Source of the DNA: an uncultured Candidatus Poseidoniales archaeon
GTDB lineage: Archaea > Thermoplasmatota > Poseidoniia > Poseidoniales > Thalassarchaeaceae
Assembly (NCBI GenBank): GCA_902530535.1
Contig: CACAAP010000001.1
Span: forward strand, 3,160 to 67,159
Reading direction: 5' to 3'
DNA length: 64,000 nucleotides
Under the pieces are notes generated by a model. The model was not told the origin of the DNA and ran no database searches. It saw nothing but the letters and a program-made list of their open reading frames with translations. Below, piece after piece: positions 56,480 to 64,000 of the stretch (position 1 is its first letter; each line of letters begins with the position of its first letter). The translations under genes were made by a program, and so were the position numbers.

Positions 56480-56483
56480 CTCC

Positions 56484-57386
56484 TCACTCCGTGAGTCGTG
56501 CTATCAGGTCTGCCTTCTTGCCGGAGACAGGTAGGCCTTCTTTCTTCAGCAGTTCCTTTAGTTGTGCTACGGTCATAGATCCAAAATCTGGTTGTGCGTC
56601 TTCTGATGTATCCTCCACCTTTGGAGGGGCTTCATCTCCGGCCTGAGCATCAGTCGTAACCTCATTGTCTTCGGTCTCTGTTGAGTCAAGGGATTCTTGG
56701 GTTTCATCGAGAGATTCGTGGGTTTCCTTGGCTTCCTTCTCCTCAGCCTTAATTTCCTCCAGAGTCGGGCCATCATCCACCACTACACCTTCCTGAATAA
56801 GCTGACTTCTCCTGAAGAATACTGCTCTTACCGGTTGAATCTTGGAGATTGCAGTAGATACGCTCTCCTCTAACGAACCGTCCATGAGTGCCTTCTGGAC
56901 ATTAATCCAAGTAGACTGCGCGCAGAACTTCAGTACTACGTCTCTAGCTACGCTGCGAGTCTCGCTCTTCTGACTGGCCTTTACGCTAGATCGGGTCACG
57001 ATGAATGGCTTGATTCGAACGAAGAAGCCGTCATCGGTAACCACATCTATTGTATCATCTATCTTTCCCCTGTCTCTCCTGATCTGGCGCCTTACAAAGT
57101 CCTTCATAACGTCATGACCAATGAACTCGGTTATTGCGTCGTTGCCGACCACATCAGATATCCTAAACTTGAGTTTGACATGCATCTTGGTGAAGTCACC
57201 ATCAAGTTCGTTCTGCATTATCTCGTAGGGACGCCCTATTAGCAACGCCTCCTCCTCTGCCAGGGTTTCCCCTATCACCTTGAAGGACCATGGGTTTCTA
57301 GGGGCTCTTATCGAGTACCATCTCTTGGCCTTCCACTTGTCTTTCTGCCTGCGAGCCGCTGCTCTAGCCGATGCGCCTTTGGCCAT
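56484..57386 (-). CDS. rps3ae: 30S ribosomal protein eS1 (S3Ae) with acidic linker and C-terminal SAP domain
   Basis: 'KDKWKAKRWYSIRAPRNPW', 'IGETLAEE', 'GRPYEIMQNEL'. The C-terminus is 'MTVAQLKELLKKEGLPVSGKKADLIARLTE'. Confidence 0.88.
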   Translation of the reverse strand: MAKGASARAAARRQKDKWKAKRWYSIRAPRNPWSFKVIGETLAEEEALLIGRPYEIMQNELDGDFTKMHVKLKFRISDVVGNDAITEFIGHDVMKDFVRRQIRRDRGKIDDTIDVVTDDGFFVRIKPFIVTRSSVKASQKSETRSVARDVVLKFCAQSTWINVQKALMDGSLEESVSTAISKIQPVRAVFFRRSQLIQEGVVVDDGPTLEEIKAEEKEAKETHESLDETQESLDSTETEDNEVTTDAQAGDEAPPKVEDTSEDAQPDFGSMTVAQLKELLKKEGLPVSGKKADLIARLTE

Positions 57387-57478
57387 TGAATTGTCTCCAT
57401 AATCCGGGGGCTGCCCCGTTTGCGAGCCGTGCGAACTACAACCAGTATTTGAACGGAGTGCTACGAATTGTTTCTTGA

Positions 57479-57943
57479 ATGGGTGGCATTCAAGACATGT
57501 TCCGGATAGGCGAAGACATGAGTGTGCATCGAGGAGAGTGGAGAGTTCACGCTAGTGCGGTAGACGATATTCGGGTTATTGAGGACTCATTAGCCTGGTT
57601 GTGTGGGGATGGAGTCAGAATATCTACACAAAAGGAAAAATCCACTCTAGGGGCTCCTATGTACACAATCTCAGCAAGTATGACTGCGAAGCAATCAATG
57701 TTCTCACTGGGTAGATTGGAGAGAGTTTCTATCGAGGGGATCCTAGACTCGGGAGTGGAGTCCAGGATAGACGAAGACAAGTTCCTTCACTTGAGGATAG
57801 ATTTAGCTGCACTGTCTAGAGGGAAGGGGGAAGTAACTCTAGACAAGGATACAATGGTTGCGAAGGGGAGATTCAAGTTGGAGGTTTATCCTGGTCAATC
57901 GGCATATGAAGTAGCCAGGAGTATTTTCGAAGGCCTCATTTGA
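57479..57943 (+). CDS. hypothetical protein, tentatively UPF0201/DUF54-type RNA-binding (exosome-associated) family
   Basis: About 150 aa. 'VHASAVDDIRVIEDSLAWL' and 'FLHLRIDLAALSRGKGEV' loosely resemble the family pattern. This is a weak call. Confidence 0.3.
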   Translation: MGGIQDMFRIGEDMSVHRGEWRVHASAVDDIRVIEDSLAWLCGDGVRISTQKEKSTLGAPMYTISASMTAKQSMFSLGRLERVSIEGILDSGVESRIDEDKFLHLRIDLAALSRGKGEVTLDKDTMVAKGRFKLEVYPGQSAYEVARSIFEGLI

Positions 57944-57990
57944 AAATCATACAAGTATTCATATGCTGATAACTGGCCTTAATGCACGGT

Positions 57991-58269
57991 ATGACTCACG
58001 TTGTGACTAGTGCATGCGTTCGATGCAAGTATCAAGACTGCGTCCATGTTTGCCCAGTTGAAGCCTTTAGGGAAGCCGAAGAATATCTCGTCATTGATCC
58101 GGATGAGTGCATAGACTGCGCGGCTTGCATTCCCGAGTGTCCAGCAGAGGCAATCTACGCCGATACCGACATACCAGAGGAAGAAATGTCGTGGCTAGAT
58201 AAAAATGAGGAAGAGGCCCCTGAGCTCCCCATCGCAGAAGGAGACTCTCCTGTTCTAGCCGACCAGTAG
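57991..58269 (+). CDS. fdxA: 7Fe-type ferredoxin ([3Fe-4S][4Fe-4S])
   Basis: 'MTHVVTSACVRCKYQDCVHVCPVEAF...IDPDECIDCAACIPECPAEAIY'. Start set at the conserved MT(H/Y)VV motif. Confidence 0.88.
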   Translation: MTHVVTSACVRCKYQDCVHVCPVEAFREAEEYLVIDPDECIDCAACIPECPAEAIYADTDIPEEEMSWLDKNEEEAPELPIAEGDSPVLADQ

Positions 58270-58311
58270 TCACGGTCCACTACATAGGTTCTTGAATATC
58301 GACTAAGAGGG

Positions 58312-59307
58312 ATGGACATGAAGAAGAGGGTTGATCTAGGCGAAATGAGGCATGGTACTGAGCTCCTCAAGAGGGGTTTCGCAAAGATGCAAGAGGGAGG
58401 AGTAGTTATGGATGTAGTCACGGCAGAGCAGGCTCACGTTGCAGAAGACTCAGGAGCAGTATCTGTGATGGCCCTGGAACGAGTCCCTGCCGATATCCGA
58501 TCTTCGGGTGGAGTTGCGAGGATGAGTCACCCTCAACTGATTAAAGAAATCATGGAGACCACGAGCATACCAGTCATGGCCAAGGCGAGAATTGGACATG
58601 ATGAAGAGGCCAGAGTACTAGAGTCCCTGGGTGTCGACATGATAGATGAATCCGAGGTTTTGACTCCTGCTGATCCGTTCTACCATATAGCAAAGAGCGA
58701 TTTCACGATCCCCTTTGTTTGCGGTTGTACCAGCCTAGGTGAGGCAGTTAGGAGGATTGCCGAGGGGGCCGCAATGATCAGAACCAAGGGGGAGGCAGGC
58801 ACAGGAAATGTTGTCAGTGCAGTCAAGCATGCTCGATTGCTTGAGGCGGAAATTGAGACCTCCAGTAATGCTGACTCAGATTCAAGAGCCGATATTGTAG
58901 AGAAGATTCTGGAAGGATACAGGAGGCTGGAAGAAAACTCAGAGATTGGTGCGAAAGTGGGGAAAACTCCGTTTGGAGAAATTGACTCCATAAGAAAGGA
59001 TCTTGCGAGCGTTCTCGAAGAGGTAATTGATCTAGGTAGACTACCTGTGGTAACTTTCTCTGCTGGTGGTATTGCAACGCCCTCGGATGCGGCCCTGATG
59101 ATGAGTCATGGCATGGATGGTGTTTTTGTCGGATCTGGCATCTTCAAGAGCTCTGACCCTACAAGAACGGCGGAAGCGATAGTTCTAGCAACTCATCACT
59201 TCGAAGATTCGCAAGTAGTTGCAGAAGCTTCTGAAATGGTTGGAGAAGCTATGCCCGGACTAGAAATAGATAGCCTGGAAGTCAGGCTCGACGAACGGGG
59301 ATGGTGA
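58312..59307 (+). CDS. pdxS: pyridoxal 5'-phosphate synthase lyase subunit PdxS (archaeal long form)
   Basis: '[13 protein letters not shown]', '[12 protein letters not shown]', '[10 protein letters not shown]', '[12 protein letters not shown]', '[15 protein letters not shown]', '[10 protein letters not shown]'. Confidence 0.92.
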   Translation: MDMKKRVDLGEMRHGTELLKRGFAKMQEGGVVMDVVTAEQAHVAEDSGAVSVMALERVPADIRSSGGVARMSHPQLIKEIMETTSIPVMAKARIGHDEEARVLESLGVDMIDESEVLTPADPFYHIAKSDFTIPFVCGCTSLGEAVRRIAEGAAMIRTKGEAGTGNVVSAVKHARLLEAEIETSSNADSDSRADIVEKILEGYRRLEENSEIGAKVGKTPFGEIDSIRKDLASVLEEVIDLGRLPVVTFSAGGIATPSDAALMMSHGMDGVFVGSGIFKSSDPTRTAEAIVLATHHFEDSQVVAEASEMVGEAMPGLEIDSLEVRLDERGW

Positions 59308-60297
59308 TTAGCGCTTTCCGCCACGGGAAGTACCTAGTCTCCTTGATTTCCGCTTTGATGCTGATTTATCTTCAACTTGTTGTGATTCACCCTCGCTAGA
59401 AACCAAGCCTCCAAAGGTGACTGATTTCCCTTCCAGAAGTATGTCAGCTAGGGAGTCTGCCAATTCTTCGTTCTGATCGGGCCCCCTTAGGGCCTGCCTG
59501 ACGGATTTGTTGTGATCTCGTACCATCTTCTCTCTCTGCTTGTGCTGAGAATGGAGCTTGTCCCTGATCTCATTGACCTTGGATAGCATTTCTACCAGGG
59601 ATGCGTGAGTCTCGTCTGCCTTTCCTCTTTCATGAATGAAAAGTGCATGCATCCTGTCTCCTTCGCCTCTGAGGAAGTCACGCTCCTCGAACATCGGCTT
59701 TATTTCATTCCAAATCTCGTCGGCTAGAGAATTCTGTTCGAGCATTAGTTTGTGTTCATTATCGGCCTCCGCTCTCAACCTCTGAATTGACTCGTCCATG
59801 TCGCTCAAATCGATTGATATTATCCTCTGCTGCTCGACATGAGGGATTAGTTCATCCCTTCTAGAAATCAAAGACCTCAGCTTCTTGATCATCGAATTCT
59901 CTTTTTCCAGAGTCAACGCGCCATCCGTCATGATTCGATCCTCGATCCTCTCTATCTCGCCAACTGTCTCGGATAGCTGTATGACTACGGACTTTCCAGG
60001 ACCCTGTCCCTTCGTCCCCTTCTTTCGGGCGATGACCTCCCTAATACTCTGCTGAATCTCATCCCTACTGGCTTGGTGAAGCTTGGCCTGAGCCCTGACT
60101 TTCTTTTGTTCGTCCATCTTTGCGGATATTGTTTCGTGGACTTCCTTCCTCTTCTCGTGAGCAGAGTTCCTCTGCTCTGCAGCACTCCTCGCAGAATCGT
60201 TGTGAGAGTCTCTTTGGCCCCTAATTCTGCTAAGTTTTGATTCCATGGCATGGAGCCTTGTCCTTAGGTCGTCAGAACCCTTGTCGTCATTCTCCAT
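59308..60297 (-). CDS. archaeal coiled-coil protein (COG1340-like) with basic tail
   Basis: Heptad-rich sequence over about 290 aa. The C-terminus is 'KSASKRKSRRLGTSRGGKR'. The stop abuts the pdxS stop with zero intergenic bases. Confidence 0.55.
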   Translation of the reverse strand: MENDDKGSDDLRTRLHAMESKLSRIRGQRDSHNDSARSAAEQRNSAHEKRKEVHETISAKMDEQKKVRAQAKLHQASRDEIQQSIREVIARKKGTKGQGPGKSVVIQLSETVGEIERIEDRIMTDGALTLEKENSMIKKLRSLISRRDELIPHVEQQRIISIDLSDMDESIQRLRAEADNEHKLMLEQNSLADEIWNEIKPMFEERDFLRGEGDRMHALFIHERGKADETHASLVEMLSKVNEIRDKLHSQHKQREKMVRDHNKSVRQALRGPDQNEELADSLADILLEGKSVTFGGLVSSEGESQQVEDKSASKRKSRRLGTSRGGKR

Positions 60298-60331
60298 GCA
60301 ATTCCGACTAGTTTCCCCTTATTGAAGAGAC

Positions 60332-61906
60332 CTAAAGGCCGAATAACCTTGCTGCGAAAGGAAGAATAGGAGAAATAACTGCCAGAGCAGCTCCAAACAT
60401 GAATACTGCTCCGGTAGTCATTCTCAATCTAGTGAATAAGTCAGAGCGAACCTGGGATGTCAGCACCTTTCCAGAGATTAGATTGCCCGACGAGTCCTCG
60501 AGCCTTACAGTGACAGTAGCATCTCCCATCGAAGAAGGGATCAGCGTTTGCCAGACTATCCTGGACTTTGACATAGAGGAAGAAATCCTATCATAGTCTG
60601 GTTTTCCCCTTCGTAATTCTTTTTGTGGTTCCGACCTTAGTCTATAGACGCACTCATTGGGTCTGAAATCAGGCGTCTGGACGCGGAGAATCAGGTCTTG
60701 TACTTCGTTTGTGTGATTGAGGACGTAAGCAAATAGATTAGCCTGCCCTAGAGTTAGATTCTCCATGTCAACGTCGAACCAAATGCCTTGATTTGAAGGA
60801 CTCCCAAGATGCATGCGCATTCTGTCATTAAGCCTGAAGAAAGGCGCACAGCGCTCCCTTGCGTGCATAAGTAGGCGATCGAGGGTCTCTTCGCCTAGTT
60901 CTTCGTGATTGATGATCTGATCGACCGTCCTAGAATCAACCAATTCGGAAAGTGCAAGATGGAACTCATCCTCCTCAATGAGTCCTGACCGATACATGTC
61001 TAAAATCAGGAGAAGGTACTCCTGCAAGTCGGATATATTCACCCCCTTCTTCAGGTCTGATTTGAAAGAGGATACATACTTGGAGAACCTAACTGCTAGA
61101 ACGGGGTCGACATGAGCCCTAATTACGTCCGTGAAAGGCCTGTTTAGCAAGGCTGGGTGCATTGGCGGGGAGAATGCTTCTAGAAGGCCCCAGGGCTCTA
61201 CCGTGTTGAACCTGGGTCGATTCGAAACCATGTATACGCTATGGCCGGAAAGTAGTGCCCCGGTGGACAACGCGATTAGTACCGGTATTCCGTCGGTTTC
61301 TGATGGAAATATTAACGCAAGTCCAAGCATTATTGTGGATAGGGTCATCAGTGTTGTAGTGAGATTGAGTTGGTTTGATGCTCCGTCAATGACGGCCTTC
61401 ATCTCGCTATAGCCGTGTGCGCTACGGAAAGTAACGCCGGTTGAGATGATTTCCTCCGTCTCAATTTGGAAAATCCTCTTTGTGACCCATAGCAAGTAAT
61501 GCAAGACGAATAGCAGAAGTAGATCTGCTACCATAAGAGCAAGAGAAAGCAGGTATACTGATTTTGAAAATGATAAATCGAGGAATAGCTCTCGTACACC
61601 ACCTTGCCACCAATCAGGATCAGAGCTTCGATAAGACTGAGCCAATCCAAACAACATAACAACAACGATTGGGATGAATAGAATCAGGCGAGCGCCGCGG
61701 CTGATTAGTAAGTCGTCGATGCCGGTGAGTATGGCCTCGCGGCCCTTCAATGTGGACTTTTGATGAGATTTTCTGGGAGTATCATCGGACTTGCTAATCT
61801 CTTTGATATCAGGAGCGGGTGGCGCTTCTGACTGAAGTACCGACACCATCGAGTCTATGTCGCTCTCCAAGTCAATGATATCGGAGTTTTCTTCTTTTGC
61901 TGACAT
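60332..61906 (-). CDS. hypothetical membrane protein with SHOCT-like segment
   Basis: Acidic N-terminus, about 5 TM helices and a soluble domain containing 'LLILDMYRSGLIEEDEFHLALSELV' (SHOCT-like). There is a terminal TM helix. Confidence 0.5.
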   Translation of the reverse strand: MSAKEENSDIIDLESDIDSMVSVLQSEAPPAPDIKEISKSDDTPRKSHQKSTLKGREAILTGIDDLLISRGARLILFIPIVVVMLFGLAQSYRSSDPDWWQGGVRELFLDLSFSKSVYLLSLALMVADLLLLFVLHYLLWVTKRIFQIETEEIISTGVTFRSAHGYSEMKAVIDGASNQLNLTTTLMTLSTIMLGLALIFPSETDGIPVLIALSTGALLSGHSVYMVSNRPRFNTVEPWGLLEAFSPPMHPALLNRPFTDVIRAHVDPVLAVRFSKYVSSFKSDLKKGVNISDLQEYLLLILDMYRSGLIEEDEFHLALSELVDSRTVDQIINHEELGEETLDRLLMHARERCAPFFRLNDRMRMHLGSPSNQGIWFDVDMENLTLGQANLFAYVLNHTNEVQDLILRVQTPDFRPNECVYRLRSEPQKELRRGKPDYDRISSSMSKSRIVWQTLIPSSMGDATVTVRLEDSSGNLISGKVLTSQVRSDLFTRLRMTTGAVFMFGAALAVISPILPFAARLFGL

Positions 61907-61909
61907 GTT

Positions 61910-62569
61910 TTAACCACCGATTGAGTTTATTCTAGCTAGAATTCTCATAGAGAGAGAGTCGGAAATAGTGAGGGTATCGCCATCACAAGTCCTTGAGTCG
62001 GCAGAGGTTTCGATAACAGATCCGATCATTATTCCGCAGTCTCTGATAGTTATTGCCTCGGTATCTGAAGAAATTATCATCTCCACTGTAGCAGTAGAAT
62101 GGACGGGAAGCTTGGAAAGGGGAAGAAGGGTCGATATGCCCATAGTTTCGAAGTCGCGCTCCACACTGGGTATCTTCTTCCCTTCACTCGAAAACTCCGG
62201 ATACCCCAGTAGACGATCAAGTGTGGATTCAAGATCAGAGCCAACTGCGTGTTCCATCTTACATGCTACTGCATGGACATCCCCATCAAATCCGATTAAA
62301 TCTGTAAGAAGTATCTCTAGAAGGATTTCCCTCCTCTTTATCCTTGCAGCAAGTTGGAATCCAGAGGGTGTGAGCCTAAATCCGCGATAGGGGATGTGTG
62401 TAACCATGTCTCGACTCGAGAGGCGTTGTATCATTTCAGTCACCGATGCTGCGCTGACTCCCTTAATGTCCGCGAGTTGAGTGGTCTTTACGATGGCAGC
62501 GGGATTATCCGAGTGAATCTCAAACATAGTCTTCAGATACATCTCCTCTATTTCACTAAAATCAGACAT
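61910..62569 (-). CDS. DtxR/MntR-family metal-dependent transcriptional regulator with FeoA-like C-domain
   Basis: 'EEMYLKTMFEI' and 'ASVTEMIQRLSSRDMVTHIPYRGFRLTPSG' form the wHTH. 'RREILLEILLTDLIG' is the dimerisation helix. The C-terminal beta domain is SH3-like. Confidence 0.8.
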   Translation of the reverse strand: MSDFSEIEEMYLKTMFEIHSDNPAAIVKTTQLADIKGVSAASVTEMIQRLSSRDMVTHIPYRGFRLTPSGFQLAARIKRREILLEILLTDLIGFDGDVHAVACKMEHAVGSDLESTLDRLLGYPEFSSEGKKIPSVERDFETMGISTLLPLSKLPVHSTATVEMIISSDTEAITIRDCGIMIGSVIETSADSRTCDGDTLTISDSLSMRILARINSIGG

Positions 62570-62570
62570 T

Positions 62571-64000
62571 CTATACCCCCTCTGACTCAGCCATGAACTG
62601 AGTCTTGCAAACCGGGCATCTAGACATTATCGGTCTCTTCTCAATCTGCACTCTTAAGGCTTGATCGCATGTGGGGCAATGGAGTATATCATCAGAAGAT
62701 TTCACAACATTGAGTTTTTCAGTTTCTTCGTTTGACTCATCTGGTCCGCCAACCATGAACTCCATGGAGCACGATGGGCATCTGACCCCACCTACGTGGT
62801 CATTCGGCACCATAAGTCTCTGATCACAAAAACTACACTCAATCTCTCTCTTTTCAATTCTAAGTTGACTGCTCTGTGACTCTTTTGCCTCCCTTAGGCT
62901 TAGATTGGAGGTAGTGGGAGTCCTAGAGGAAACTGCTCTCCACGAGAACGTCCCTATCAGTATGATTAGGATGCCCGCGAGAATCCCGTATCCTGCAGCT
63001 AAAATATCGAATGGTAGCTCAAGCCCTTGGTCGTCGATATTTGGCTCGATTGAATAGATTCGCGTCGAGATAACACCGTCTGATGACCATTGGACCTCAA
63101 CATCCACGTTATCACGCTCAATCCATTCAGAGATTGACATTTCTGTAATCACAACTGATCCAGGCATTAAAGACGGGACTGTAGATTCGGCGAGAATAGT
63201 TCTCTCTGAAGATGATATCAGTCGCAATGTGCCAGATTGAGTATTATACTCATCAACATTACTAAGTGTAATTGTAACCAAAACTCTACTTCCGGGAGAA
63301 GGTTTTTCTGGATTGAAAATAGCTTCCAATTTGATAGATGATGGATCGATATAGGGAGCAGTAACAGATTCTGTTGTAATATTCTGCGAAAAGATAGACG
63401 ACGTCCATTGTACCGGAATTGCCTGAATGGTAATCTCTGTTGTTTCTGGATTTCCTAATGAGAAATCTATCACTCTGCGTCCAGGGTTTGCTTCAAGGAG
63501 GATTTCCTGTAAATTCTCAGTTTCTCCGGCTACTTCAGAAGACAGGGCTAGTAGAATCGGACGAGCCTTTCCCTCGGATAGGAAAACGGAGACGTCAATT
63601 TGAAGCCCTTCAGATGCAGACCAGGAAATTGAGTCTGTAGTTAGATTGAGAATCTGACTAGTTGAGACCTCAATAGATAGGTTTCCCTCCAAGTCAGTAT
63701 GCTCTGTTTGCCCTAGAACTGAGAGTTGCCAGTTGAATTCATTAGTACCCGGAAGCTCCATGATGAAGCTTGTAGGAACCTCTCTGGTTGAGCCGGGGGA
63801 AATCGAGATATATTCTCCCTGAAACATTTGTTCGCTTTCGGAATGTGTGATTTGGAGAGATACCGAACCGCTGGAGTTGCCTTTGTTGGTTACCATCAAA
63901 GAGGCAGTGAGCGTATCTCCGACATAGGCAGGCTCACCGGAAATTACCAGACCAGAACCACCTGAAGACGTGAAATTAGTAGAGTTACTAGGAGTATCAG
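62571..64000 (-). CDS. large surface protein with CARDB-like Ig repeats, one TM and two cytoplasmic zinc ribbons; N-terminus beyond window
   Basis: The frame stays open to base 64000. 'VTNKGNSSGSVSLQI' and 'VTITLSNVDEYNTQSGTLRLI' are CARDB-like. The TM helix is 'AAGYGILAGILIILIGTF'. The zinc ribbons are 'CSFCDQ...CPSC' and 'CPTCDQ...CPVC'. Confidence 0.55.
   Translation of the reverse strand, partial: DTPSNSTNFTSSGGSGLVISGEPAYVGDTLTASLMVTNKGNSSGSVSLQITHSESEQMFQGEYISISPGSTREVPTSFIMELPGTNEFNWQLSVLGQTEHTDLEGNLSIEVSTSQILNLTTDSISWSASEGLQIDVSVFLSEGKARPILLALSSEVAGETENLQEILLEANPGRRVIDFSLGNPETTEITIQAIPVQWTSSIFSQNITTESVTAPYIDPSSIKLEAIFNPEKPSPGSRVLVTITLSNVDEYNTQSGTLRLISSSERTILAESTVPSLMPGSVVITEMSISEWIERDNVDVEVQWSSDGVISTRIYSIEPNIDDQGLELPFDILAAGYGILAGILIILIGTFSWRAVSSRTPTTSNLSLREAKESQSSQLRIEKREIECSFCDQRLMVPNDHVGGVRCPSCSMEFMVGGPDESNEETEKLNVVKSSDDILHCPTCDQALRVQIEKRPIMSRCPVCKTQFMAESEGV

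Noticed and set aside
114-63640. Numerous 60-190-aa antisense or out-of-frame ORFs in the track (for example 633..971, 10649..11101, 18846..19412, 24607..25134, 36867..37337, 41375..41731, 53253..53573)
   Set aside because: Each is nested inside a longer ORF with clear family motifs on the other strand or frame. Each also shows low-complexity Ser/Pro/Arg-rich composition typical of shadow ORFs.
1-64000. CRISPR arrays, transposases/IS elements, prophage, toxin-antitoxin or known defence systems
   Set aside because: Reading both strands showed no regularly spaced direct repeats, no DDE/serine/tyrosine recombinase motifs and no defence-type gene combinations. The RHH ORF at 40502 has no adjacent toxin partner.

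Overview
This is a dense archaeal chromosomal segment, roughly 90% coding and mid-40s % GC by eye. Archaeal identity is supported by e-type ribosomal proteins (eS19, eL39, eL31, eS17, eS1), PAN, Kae1, aMBF1, Tsr3, a two-unit tRNA-splicing endonuclease, geranylgeranyl reductase and an SRP RNA with a GNAR helix-6 loop. It also carries bacterial-like pntB, a complete histidine-utilisation (hut) gene set, an M6-like protease, an RND/MMPL exporter and a Cys-type CcmE. That mix fits a heterotrophic marine planktonic euryarchaeote (MGII/III-like), but this lineage call is inference only.

Main blocks:
- pntB, then an exported protein and a TatC-like gene.
- Secreted protease and PKD proteins, endA, pepP, a radical-SAM Mqn-like gene and geranylgeranyl reductase.
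- topA and pyrD (divergent), ccmE, SRP RNA, an EVE-domain gene and the RND exporter.
- valS, a serA-like gene and sod.
- A ygfZ-like gene, an iscA-like gene, fdhD and a molybdopterin oxidoreductase.
- An r-protein cluster (eS19, eL39, eL31, eS17).
- A long co-directional minus-strand chain: kae1, basic protein, methylmalonyl-CoA mutase, epimerase, RHH, folE, queE, queC, msrB, queD.
- hutI, then (Zn-ribbon ORF, tRNA-Val, alaX), then hutH, hutU, cyclodeaminase and formiminotransferase.
- PAN, mbf1, tsr3, mazG, MTAP, eS1, ferredoxin and pdxS.
- A terminal operon with a DtxR-family regulator.

I saw no CRISPR array, transposase, integrase, prophage or recognisable defence system. I did not find a convincing novel multi-gene system. 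The best leads are modest:
- An unlisted RHH ORF plus a palindrome at the head of the preQ0 (7-deazaguanine precursor) operon.
- A QueC that lacks all four zinc-binding cysteines, with msrB embedded in the same operon.
- An eS1-SAP domain fusion.
- An FMN-reductase / mini membrane protein / PqqD-like trio.
- A Z-DNA-prone tract upstream of topA.
- A TatC-like gene translationally coupled to an exported protein.

All functional calls come from motif recognition by eye; no searches were run.
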